Part shown: positions 52,901 to 64,000 of the stretch, in pieces | How positions within the stretch are numbered: the stretch's first letter is position 1 | Layout: every line of letters begins with the position of its first letter | Origin: Utricularia gibba | Lineage: Eukaryota; Plantae; Magnoliophyta | Assembly (NCBI GenBank): GCA_002189035.1 | Contig: NEEC01000159.1 | Span: forward strand, 16,155-80,154 | DNA: 64,000 bases | Reading direction: 5' to 3' | Position numbers and translations under genes: made by a program | The notes under the pieces: model-generated | Told to the model about the DNA's origin: nothing | What the model saw: the letters and a program-made list of their open reading frames with translations, nothing else | Databases searched by the model: none

Positions 52901-55900
52901 CACGTTCGCGACGATGCGACTTGTAACACCAAATCGACGCGATTGTGATTTTCGCTTGCAAAACATCTGCGTTTTTTTGGGTGATGTGAAATATGGGTTT
53001 TCGAGGCGATCTTTGCACATGCTTAGGGTGTGTCCCTACCCGAAGCCTCATGGTTTCCTCGCACACCGTTCGGCATCTCGTCGATATCCTGAAGACCGTG
53101 ATGAGTCACGCTGCGCCCGGAATACCGTTTCGAAGCTCGTTCCGAGCCGGTCATCTTCCGTGTTGAAAGCTTCTTCGTCCGAGGATGCATCAGAGCTCGA
53201 ATTATCGCCTTCTATTAGCCTTCAGATGTGCCACAAAGTGGCCACCACGTTCGCGACGATGCGACTTGGAACACCAAATCGACGAATTTTCGGCTTGCAA
53301 AACATCTGCGTTTTTTCGGGTGATGTGAAATATGGGTTTTCGAGGCGATCTTTGCACATGCTTAGGGTGTGTCCCTACCGAAGCCTCATGGTTTCCTCGC
53401 ACACCGTTCGGCATCTCGTCGATATCCTGAAGACCGTGATGAGTCACGCTGCCCGGCATACCGTTTCGAAGCTCGTTCCGAGCCGGTCATCTTCCGTGTT
53501 TAAAGCTTCTTCGTCCGAGGATGCATCAGAGCTCGAATTATCGCCTTCTATTAGCCTTCAGATGCGCCACAAAGTGGCCACCACGTTCGCGACGATGCGA
53601 CTTGGAACACCAAATCGACGCGATTGTGATTTTCGGCTTGCAAAACATCTGCGTTTTTTCGGGTGATGTGAAATATGGGTTTTCGAGGCGATCTTTGCAC
53701 ATGCTTAGGGTGTGTCCCTACCGAAGCCTCATGGTTTCCTCGCACACCGTTCGGCATCTCGTCGATATCCTGAAGACCGTGATGAGTCACGCTGCGCCCG
53801 GAATACCGTTTCGAAGCTCGTTCCGAGCCGGTCATCTTCCGTGTTGAAAGCTTCTTCGTCCGAGGATGCATCAGAGCTCGAATTATCGCCTTCTATTAGC
53901 CTTCAGATGCGCCACAAAGTGGCCACCACGTTCGCGACGATGCGACTTGGAACACCAAATCGACGCGATTGTGATTTTCGGCTTGCAAAACATCTGCGTT
54001 TTTTGGTGATGTGAAATATGGGTTTTCGAGGCGATCTTTGCACATGCTTAGGGTGTGTCCCTACTCGAAGCCTCATGGTTTCCTCGCACACCGTTCGGCA
54101 TCTCGTCGATATCCTGAAAGACCGTGATGAGTCACGCTGCGCCCGGAATACCGTTTCGAAGCTCGTTCCGAGCCGGTCATCTTCCGTGTTGAATTCTTCG
54201 TCCGAGGATGCATCAGAGCTCGAATTATCGCCTTCTATTAGCCTTCAGATGTGCCACAAAGTGGCCACCACGTTCGCGACGATGCGACTTGGAACACCAA
54301 ATCGACGCGATTGTATTTTCGGCTTGCAAAACATCTGCGTTTTTTCGGGTGATGTGAAATATGGGTTTTCGAGGCGATCTTTGCACATGCTTAGGGTGTG
54401 TCCCTACCGAAGCCTCATGGTTTCCTCGCACACCGTTCGGCATCTCGTCGATATCCTGAAGACCGTGATGAGTCACGCTGCGCCCGGATACCGTTTCGAA
54501 GCTCGTTCCGAGCCGGTCATCTTCCGTGTTTAAAGCTTCTTCGTCCGAGGATGCATCAGAGCTCGAATTATCGCCTTCTATTAGCCTTCAGATGCGCCAA
54601 AAGTGGCCACCACGTTCGCGACGATGCGACTTGGAACACCAAAATCGACGCGATTGTGATTTTCGGCTTGCAAAACATCTGCGTTTTTTTGGGTGATGTG
54701 AAATATGGGTTTTCGAGGCGATCTTTGCACATGCTTAGGGTGTGTCCTACCCGAAGCCTCATGGTTTCCTCGCACACCGTTCGGCATCTCGTCGATATCC
54801 TGAAGACCGTGATGAGTCACGCTGCGCCCGGAATACCGTTTCGAAGCTCGTTCCGAGCCGGTCATCTTCCGTGTTGAAAGCTTCTTCGTCCGAGGATGCA
54901 TCAGAGCTCGAATTATCGCCTTCTATTAGCCTTCAGATGCGCCACAAAGTGGCCACCACGTTCGCGACGATGCGACTTGAACACCAAATCGACGCGATTG
55001 TGATTTTCGGCTTGCAAAACATCTGCGTTTTTTCGGGTGATGTGAAATATGGGTTTTCGAGGCGATCTTTGCACATGCTTAGGGTGTGTCCTACTGAAGC
55101 CTCATGGTTTCCTCGCACACCGTTCGGCATCTCGTCGATATCCTGAAGACCGTGATGAGTCACGCTGCGCCCGGATACCGTTTCGAAGCTCGTTCCGAGC
55201 CGGTCATCTTCCGTTGAAAGCTTCTTCGTCCGAGGATGCATCAGAGCTCGAATTATCGCCTTCTATTAGCCTTCAGATGCGCCACAAAGTGGCCACCACG
55301 TTCGCGACGATGCGACTTGAACACCAAATCGACGCGATTGTGAATTTTCGGCTTGCAAAACATCTGCGTTTTTTCGGGTGATGTGAAATATGGGTTTTCG
55401 AGGCGATCTTTGCACATGCTTAGGGTGTGTCCCTACTGAAGCCTCATGGTTTCCGGTTCGGCATCTCGTCGATATCCTGAAGACCGTGATGAGTCACGCT
55501 GCGCCCGGATACCGTTTCGAAGCTCGTTCCGAGCCGGTCATCTTCCGTGTTTAAAGCTTCTTCGTCCGAGGATGCATCAGAGCTCGAATTATCGCCTTCT
55601 ATTAGCCTTTCAGATGCGCCACAAAGTGGCCACCACGTTCGCGACGATGCGACTTGTAACACCAAATCGACGCGATTGTGATTTCGGCTTGCAAAACATC
55701 TGCGTTTTTTGGGTGATGTGAAATATGGGTTTTCGAGGCGATCTTGCACATGCTTAGGGTGTGTCCTACCCGAAGCCTCATGGTTTCCTCGCACACCGTT
55801 CGGCATCTCGTCGATATCCTGAAAGACCGTGATGAGTCACGCTGCGCCCGGAATACCGTTTCGAAGCTCGTTCCGAGCCGGTCATCTTCCGTGTTGAAAG

Positions 55901-58900
55901 CTTCTTCGTCCGAGGATGCATCAGAGCTCGAATTATCGCCTTCTATTAGCCTTCAGATGCGCCCAAAAGTGGCCACCACGTTCGCGACGATGCGACTTGG
56001 AACACCAAATCGACGCGATTGTGATTTTCGGGCTTGCAAAACATCTGCGTTTTTTCGGGTGATGTGAAATATGGGTTTTCGAGGCGATCTTTGCACATGC
56101 TTAGGGTGTGTCCTACTGAAGCCTCATGGTTTCCTCGCACACCGTTCGGCATCTCGTCGATATCCTGAAGACCGTGATGAGTCACGCTGCGCCCGGAATA
56201 CCGTTTCGAAGCTCGTTCCGAGCCGGTCATCTTCCGTGTTTAAAGCTTCTTCGTCCGAGGATGCATCAGAGCTCGAATTATCGCCTTCTATTAGCCTTCA
56301 GATGTGCCACAAAGTGGCCACCACGTTCGCGACGATGCGACTTGGAACACCAAATCGACGCGATTGTATTTTCGGCTTGCAAAACATCTGCGTTTTTTTG
56401 GGTGATGTGAAATATGGGTTTTCGAGGCGATCTTTGCACATGCTTAGGGTGTGTCTACCGAAGCCTCATGGTTTCCTCGCACACCGTTCGGCATCTCGTC
56501 GATATCCTGAAGACCGTGATGAGTCACGCTGCGCCCGGATACCGTTTCGAAGCTCGTTCCGAGCCGGTCATCTTCCGTGTTGAAAGCTTCTTCGTCCGAG
56601 GATGCATCAGAGCTCGAATTATCGCCTTCTATTAGCCTTCAGATGCGCCACAAAGTGGCCACCACGTTCGCGACGATGCGACTTGGAACACCAAAATCGA
56701 CGCGATTGTGATTTTCGGCTTGCAAAACATCTGTTTTTTCGGGTGATGTGAAATATGGGTTTTCGAGGCGATCTTTGCACATGCTTAGGGTGTGTCCTAC
56801 CCGAAGCCTCATGGTTTCCTCGCACACCGTTCGGCATCTCGTCGATATCCTGAAGACCGTGATGAGTCACGCTGCGCCCGGATACCGTTTCGAAGCTCGT
56901 TCCGAGCCGGTCATCTTCCGTGTTGAAAGCTTCTTCGTCCGAGGATGCATCAGAGCTCGAATTATCGCCTTCTATTAGCCTTCAGATGCGCCACAAAGTG
57001 GCCACCACGTTCGCGACGATGCGACTTGGAACACCAAAATCGACGCGATTGTGATTTTCGGCTTGCAAAACATCTGCGTTTTTTCGGGTGATGTGAAATA
57101 TGGGTTTTCGAGGCGATCTTTGCACATGCTTAGGGTGTGTCCTACCGAAGCCTCATGGTTTCCTCGCACACCGTTCGGCATCTCGTCGATATCCTGAAGA
57201 CCGTGATGAGTCACGCTGCGCCCGGAATACCGTTTCGAAGCTCGTTCCGAGCCGGTCATCTTCCGTGTTGAAAGCTTCTTCGTCCGAGGATGCATCAGAG
57301 CTCGAATTATCGCCTTATTAGCCTTCAGATGTGCCACAAAGTGGCCACCACGTTCGCGACGATGCGACTTGGAACACCAAAATCGACGCGATTGTATTTT
57401 CGGCTTGCAAAACATCTGCGTTTTTTCGGGTGATGTGAAATATGGGTTTTCGAGGCGATCTTTGCACATGCTTAGGGTGTGTCCTACCGAAGCCTCATGG
57501 TTTCCTCGCACACCGTTCGGCATCTCGTCGATATCCTGAAGACCGTGATGAGTCACGCTGCGCCCGGAATACCTTTTCGAAGCTCGTTCCGAGCCGGTCA
57601 TCTTCCGTGTTTAAAGCTTCTTCGTCCGAGGATGCATCAGAGCTCGAATTATCGCCTTCTATTAGCCTTCAGATGTGCCACAAAGTGGCCACCACGTTCG
57701 CGACGATGCGACTTGGAACACCAAAAAATCGACGCGATTGATTTTCGGCTTGCAAAACATCTGCGTTTTTTCGGGTGATGTGAAATATGGGTTTTCGAGG
57801 CGATCTTTGCACATGCTTAGGGTGTGTCCCTACCGAAGCCTCATGGTTTCCTCGCACACCGTTCGGCATCTCGTCGATATCCTGAAGACCGTGATGAGTC
57901 ACGCTGCGCCCGGCATACCGTTTCGAAGCTCGTTCCGAGCCGGTCATCTTCCGTTGAAAGCTTCTTCGTCCGAGGATGCATCAGAGCTCGAATTATCGCC
58001 TTCTATTAGCCTTCAGATGTGCCACAAAGTGGCCACCACGTTCGCGACGATGCGACTTGGAACACCAAATCGACGCGATTGTGATTTTCGGCTTGCAAAA
58101 CATCTGCGTTTTTTCGGGTGATGTGAAATATGGGTTTTCGAGGCGATCTTTGCATGCTTAGGGTGTGTCCTACCGAAGCCTCATGGTTTCCTCGCACACC
58201 GTTCGGCATCTCGTCGATATCCTGAAGACCGTGATGAGTCACGCTGCGCCCGGAATACCGTTTCGAAGCTCGTTCCGAGCCGGTCATCTTCCGTGTTGAA
58301 AGCTTCTTCGTCCGAGATGCATCAGAGCTCGAATTATCGCCTTCTATTAGCCTTCAGATGTGCCACAAAGTGGCCACCACGTTCGCGACGATGCGACTTG
58401 GAACACCAAAATCGACGCGATTGTGATTTTCGGCTTGCAAAACATCTGCGTTTTTTCGGGTGATGTGAAATATGGGTTTTCGAGCGATCTTTGCACATGC
58501 TTAGGGTGTGTCCTACTGAAGCTCATGGTTTCCTCGCACACCGTTCGGCATCTCGTCGATATCCTGAAGACCGTGATGAGTCACGCTGCGCCCGGCATAC
58601 CGTTTCGAAGCTCGTTCCGAGCCGGTCATCTTCCGTGTTTAAAGCTTCTTCGTCCGAGGATGCATCAGAGCTCGAATTATCGCCTTCTATTAGCCTTCAG
58701 ATGTGCCACAAAGTGGCCACCACGTTCGCGACGATGCGACTTGGAACACCAAATCGACGCGATTGTGATTTTCGGCTTGCAAAACATCTGCGTTTTTTGG
58801 GTGATGTGAAATATGGGTTTTCGAGGCGATCTTTGCACATGCTTAGGGTGTGTCCTACTGAAGCCTCATGGTTTCCTCGCACACCGTTCGGCATCTCGTC

Positions 58901-61900
58901 GATATCCTGAAGACCGTGATGAGTCACGCTGCGCCCGGCATACCGTTTCGAAGCTCGTTCCGAGCCGGTCATCTTCCGTGTTTAAAGCTTCTTCGTCCGA
59001 GGATGCATCAGAGCTCGAATTATCGCCTTCTATTAGCCTTCAGATGCGCCACAAAGTGGCCACCACGTTCGCGACGATGCGACTTGGAACACCAAATCGA
59101 CGCGATTGTGATTTTCGGCTTGCAAAACATCTGCGTTTTTTGGGTGATGTGAAATATGGGTTTTCGAGGCGATCTTTGCACATGCTTAGGGTGTGTCCTA
59201 CCGAAGCCTCATGGTTTCCTCGCACACCGTTCGGCATCTCGTCGATATCCTGAAGACCGTGATGAGTCACGCTGCGCCCGGAATACCGTTTCGAAGCTCG
59301 TTCCGAGCCGGTCATCTTCCGTGTTGAAAGCTTCTTCGTCCGAGGATGCATCAGAGCTCGAATTATCGCCTTCTATTAGCCTTCAGATGCGCCACAAAGT
59401 GGCCACCACGTTCGCGACGATGCGACTTGGAACACCAAATCGACGCGATTGTGATTTTCGGCTTGCAAAACATCTGCGTTTTTTCGGGTGATGTGAAATA
59501 TGGGTTTTCGAGGCGATCTTTGCACATGCTTAGGGTGTGTCCCTACTGAAGCCTCATGGTTTCCTCGCACACCGTTCGGCATCTCGTCGATATCCTGAAG
59601 ACCGTGATGAGTCACGCTGCGCCCGGAATACCGTTTCGAAGCTCGTTCCGAGCCGTCATCTTCCGTGTTGAAAGCTTCTTCGTCCGAGGATGCATCAGAG
59701 CTCGAATTATCGCCTTCTATTAGCCTTCAGATGCCACAAAGTGGCCACACGTTCGCGACGATGCGACTTGGAACACCAAATCGACGCGATTGTATTTTCG
59801 GCTTGCAAAACATCTGCGTTTTTTTCGGGTGATGTGAAATATGGGTTTTCGAGGCGATCTTTGCACATGCTTAGGGTGTGTCCCTACCGAAGCCTCATGG
59901 TTTCCTCGCACACCGTTCGGCATCTCGTCGATATCCTGAAGACCGTGATGAGTCACGCTGCGCCCGGAATACCGTTTCGAAGCTCGTTCCGAGCCGGTCA
60001 TCTTCCGTGTTGAAAGCTTCTTCGTCCGAGGATGCATCAGAGCTCGAATTATCGCCTTCTATTAGCCTTCAGATGTGCCACAAAGTGGCCACCACGTTCG
60101 CGACGATGCGACTTGGAACACCAGAATCGACGCGATTGTGATTTTCGGCTTGCAAAACATCTGCGTTTTTTCGGGTGATGTGAAATATGGGTTTTCGAGG
60201 CGATCTTTGCACATGCTTAGGGTGTGTCCTACTGAAGCCTCATGGTTTCCTCGCACACCGTTCGGCATCTCGTCGATATCCTGAAGACCGTGATGAGTCA
60301 CGCTGCGCCCGGCATACCGTTTCGAAGCTCGTTCCGAGCCGGTCATCTTCCGTGTTTAAAGCTTCTTCGTCCGAGGATGCATCAGAGCTCGAATTATCGC
60401 CTTCTATTAGCCTTCAGATGCGCCACAAAGTGGCCACCACGTTCGCGACGATGCGACTTGGAACACCAAATCGACGCGATTGTGATTTTCGGCTTGCAAA
60501 ACATCTGCGTTTTTTGGGTGATGTGAAATATGGGTTTTCGAGGCGATCTTTGCACATGCTTAGGGTGTGTCCCTACCCGAAGCCTCATGGTTTCCTCGCA
60601 CACCGTTCGGCATCTCGTCGATATCCTGAAGACCGTGATGAGTCACGCTGCGCCCGGAATACCGTTTCGAAGCTCGTTCCGAGCCGGTCATCTTCCGTGT
60701 TGAAAGCTTCTTCGTCCGAGGATGCATCAGAGCTCGAATTATCGCCTTCTATTAGCCTTCAGATGCGCCACAAAGTGGCCACCACGTTCGCGACGATGCG
60801 ACTTGGAACACCAAATCGACGCGATTGTGATTTTCGGCTTGCAAAACATCTGCGTTTTTTCGGGTGATGTGAAATATGGGTTTTCGAGGCGATCTTTGCA
60901 CATGCTTAGGGTGTGTCCCTACCGAAGCCTCATGGTTTCCTCGCACACCGTTCGGCATCTCGTCGATATCCTGAAGACCGTGATGAGTCACGCTGCGCCC
61001 GGATACCGTTTCGAAGCTCGTTCCGAGCCGGTCATCTTCCGTGTTGAAAGCTTCTTCGTCCGAGGATGCATCAGAGCTCGAATTATCGCCTTATTAGCCT
61101 TCAGATGCGCCACAAAGTGGCCACCACGTTCGCGACGATGCGACTTGGAACACCAAATCGACGCGATTGTGATTTTCGGCTTGCAAAACATCTGCGTTTT
61201 TCGGGTGATGTGAAATATGGGTTTTCGAGGCGATCTTTGCACATGCTTAGGGTGTGTCCTACCGAAGCCTCATGGTTTCCTCGCACACCGTTCGGCATCT
61301 CGTCGATATCCTGAAGACCGTGATGAGTCACGCTGCGCCCGGATACCGTTTCGAAGCTCGTTCCGAGCCGGTCATCTTCCGTGTTGAAAGCTTCTTCGTC
61401 CGAGGATGCATCAGAGCTCGAATTATCGCCTTCTATTAGCCTTCAGATGCGCCACAAAGTGGCCACCACGTTCGCGACGATGCGACTTGGAACACCAAAT
61501 CGACGCGATTGTGATTTTCGGCTTGCAAAACATCTGCGTTTTTTCGGGTGATGTGAAATATGGGTTTTCGAGGCGATCTTTGCACATGCTTAGGGTGTGT
61601 CCTACTGAAGCCTCATGGTTTCCTCGCACACCGTTCGGCATCTCGTCGATATCCTGAAGACCGTGATGAGTCACGCTGCGCCCGGATACCGTTTCGAAGC
61701 TCGTTCCGAGCCGGTCATCTTCCGTGTTGAAAGCTTCTTCGTCCGAGGATGCATCAGAGCTCGAATTATCGCCTTATTAGCCTTCAGATGCGCCACAAAG
61801 TGGCCACCACGTTCGCGACGATGCGACTTGAACACCAAATCGACGCGATTGTATTTTCGGCTTGCAAAACATCTGCGTTTTTTTGGGTGATGTGAAATAT

Positions 61901-64000
61901 GGGTTTTCGAGGCGATCTTTGCACATGCTTAGGGTGTGTCCTACCGAAGCCTCATGGTTTCCTCGCACACCGTTCGGCATCTCGTCGATATCCTGAAGAC
62001 CGTGATGAGTCACGCTGCGCCCGGATACCGTTTCGAAGCTCGTTCCGAGCCGGTCATCTTCCGTGTTAAAGCTTCTTCGTCCGAGGATGCATCAGAGCTC
62101 GAATTATCGCCTTCTATTAGCCTTCAGATGCCACAAAGTGGCCACCACGTTCGCGACGATGCGACTTGGAACACCAAATCGACGCGATTGTGATTTTCGG
62201 CTTGCAAAACATCTGCGTTTTTTCGGGTGATGTGAAATATGGGTTTTCGAGGCGATCTTTGCACATGCTTAGGGTGTGTCCCTACCGAAGCCTCATGGTT
62301 TCCTCGCACACCGTTCGGCATCTCGTCGATATCCTGAAGACCGTGATGAGTCACGCTGCGCCCGGCATACCGTTTCGAAGCTCGTTCCGAGCCGGTCATC
62401 TTCCGTGTTTAAAGCTTCTTCGTCCGAGGATGCATCAGAGCTCGAATTATCGCCTTCTATTAGCCTTCAGATGTGCCACAAAGTGGCCACCACGTTCGCG
62501 ACGATGCGACTTGGAACACCAAATCGACGCGATTGTGATTTTCGGCTTGCAAAACATCTGCGTTTTTTGGGTGATGTGAAATATGGGTTTTCGAGGCGAT
62601 CTTTGCACATGCTTAGGGTGTGTCCCTACCCGAAGCCTCATGGTTTCCTCGCACACCGTTCGGCATCTCGTCGATATCCTGAAGACCGTGATGAGTCACG
62701 CTGCGCCCGGAATACCGTTTCGAAGCTCGTTCCGAGCCGGTCATCTTCCGTGTTGAAAGCTTCTTCGTCCAGGATGCATCAGAGCTCGAATTATCGCCTT
62801 CTATTAGCCTTCAGATGCGCCACAAAGTGGCCACCACGTTCGCGACGATGCGACTTGGAACACCAAATCGACGCGATTGTGATTTTCGGCTTGCAAAACA
62901 TCTGCGTTTTTCGGGTGATGTGAAATATGGGTTTTCGAGGCGATCTTTGCACATGCTTAGGGTGTGTCCTACCGAAGCCTCATGGTTTCCTCGCACACCG
63001 TTCGGCATCTCGTCGATATCCTGAAGACCGTGATGAGTCACGCTGCGCCCGGATACCGTTTCGAAGCTCGTTCCGAGCCGGTCATCTTCCGTGTTGAAAG
63101 CTTCTTCGTCCGGATGCATCAGAGCTCGAATTATCGCCTTCTATTAGCCTTCAGATGCGCCACAAAGTGGCCACCACGTTCGCGACGATGCGACTTGGAA
63201 CACCAAATCGACGCGATTGTGATTTTCGGCTTGCAAAACATCTGCGTTTTTTGGGTGATGTGAAATATGGGTTTTCGAGGCGATCTTTGCACATGCTTAG
63301 GGTGTGTCCTACCCGAAGCCTCATGGTTTCCTCGCACACCGTTCGGCATCTCGTCGATATCCTGAAGACCGTGATGAGTCACGCTGCGCCCGGAATACCG
63401 TTTCGAAGCTCGTTCCGAGCCGGTCATCTTCCGTGTTTAAAGCTTCTTCGTCCGAGGATGCATCAGAGCTCGAATTATCGCCTTCTATTAGCCTTCAGAT
63501 GCGCCACAAAGTGGCCACCACGTTCGCGACGATGCGACTTGGAACACCAAAATCGACGCGATTGTATTTTCGGCTTGCAAAACATCTGCGTTTTTTCGGG
63601 TGATGTGAAATATGGTTTTTCGAGGCGATCTTTGCACATGCTTAGGGTGTGTCCCTACCCGAAGCCTCATGGTTTCCTCGCACACCGTTCGGCATCTCGT
63701 CGATATCCTGAAGACCGTGATGAGTCACGCTGCGCCCGGATACCGTTTCGAAGCTCGTTCCGAGCCGGTCATCTTCCGTGTTTAAAGCTTCTTCGTCCGA
63801 GGATGCATCAGAGCTCGAATTATCGCCTTCTATTAGCCTTCAGATGTGCCACAAAGTGGCCACCACGTTCGCGACGATGCGACTTGTAACACCAAAATCG
63901 ACGCGATTGTGATTTTCGGCTTGCAAAACATCTGCGTTTTTTCGGGTGATGTGAAATATGGGTTTTCGAGGCGATCTTTGCACATGCTTAGGGTGTGTCC
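49901..64000 (+). repeat. Satellite domain D (more homogeneous sub-domain)
   Basis: CCTTATATT, GAATGC, GCATAAG and intact GTAAT are no longer seen. GACGCG is nearly fixed, ATGCGCC becomes common and CTACTGAAG recurs (50634-61603). The boundary is approximate. Confidence 0.55.

Larger units (their letters stand above)
1..64000 (+). repeat. Tandem satellite DNA array, 347-bp monomer, ~185 head-to-tail copies, single orientation, extends beyond both window edges
   Basis: The same unit recurs throughout. Hand-built consensus: TCTGCGTTTTTTCGGGTGATGTGAAATATGGGTTTTCGAGGCGATCTTTGCACATGCTTAGGGTGTGTCCCTACCCGAAGCCTCATGGTTTCCTCGCACACCGTTCGGCATCTCGTCGATATCCTGAAGACCGTGATGAGTCACGCTGCGCCCGGAATACCGTTTCGAAGCTCGTTCCGAGCCGGTCATCTTCCGTGTTGAAAGCTTCTTCGTCCGAGGATGCATCAGAGCTCGAATTATCGCCTTCTATTAGCCTTCAGATGCGCCACAAAGTGGCCACCACGTTCGCGACGATGCGACTTGGAACACCAAAATCGACGCGATTGTGATTTTCGGCTTGCAAAACA. 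Indel-free copies are 347 bp (10139-10485, 32096-32442). The consensus has 94 C and 87 G (52% GC). One site each per monomer for EcoRV, BstBI, HindIII, NsiI, SacI, MscI and NruI. Confidence 0.99.

Noticed and set aside
65-63889. Hundreds of ORFs in the six-frame track, up to 326 aa (52686-53666) and 269 aa (14837-15646)
   Set aside because: All are translations of the same 347-bp unit. 347 is not a multiple of 3, and the long ORFs arise only where small deletions happen to skip stops. The peptides repeat, are frameshift mosaics and match no domain I recognise.
1-64000. CRISPR array or repeat-spacer system
   Set aside because: There are no unique spacers (the whole unit repeats) and no cas or other genes.
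1-64000. Transposon or retrotransposon insertions, inversions, tRNA-derived box A/B
   Set aside because: No non-satellite segment, terminal repeat, target-site duplication or reverse-orientation monomer was seen. GTTTCGAAGC only loosely resembles box B, and there is no box A.

Overview
The whole 64-kb window is one uninterrupted head-to-tail tandem array of a 347-bp, ~52% GC satellite monomer (~185 copies, all in the same orientation). There is no gene, RNA gene, transposon or CRISPR array, and every ORF in the track is a translation of the repeat. The real structure is in the variants. The array has four domains: A (1 to ~20.0 kb), a distinct subfamily B (~20.0-32.75 kb, with an imperfect X/Y dimer higher-order repeat), C (32.75 to ~49.9 kb, same alleles as A) and a more uniform D (~49.9-64 kb). 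B ends at the only clean phase break in the array (32750/32751, ~189 bp skipped). Most recurrent transitions fall at CG or CHG sites, consistent with a methylated eukaryotic (possibly plant) heterochromatic satellite. The monomer has six perfect 5-bp hairpin stems. Frequent 1-2 bp deletions, many at the polymorphic positions, and several scrambled patches suggest a noisy long-read consensus, so fine variant order needs read-level confirmation. I could not name the family or host, and I found no novel coding system.
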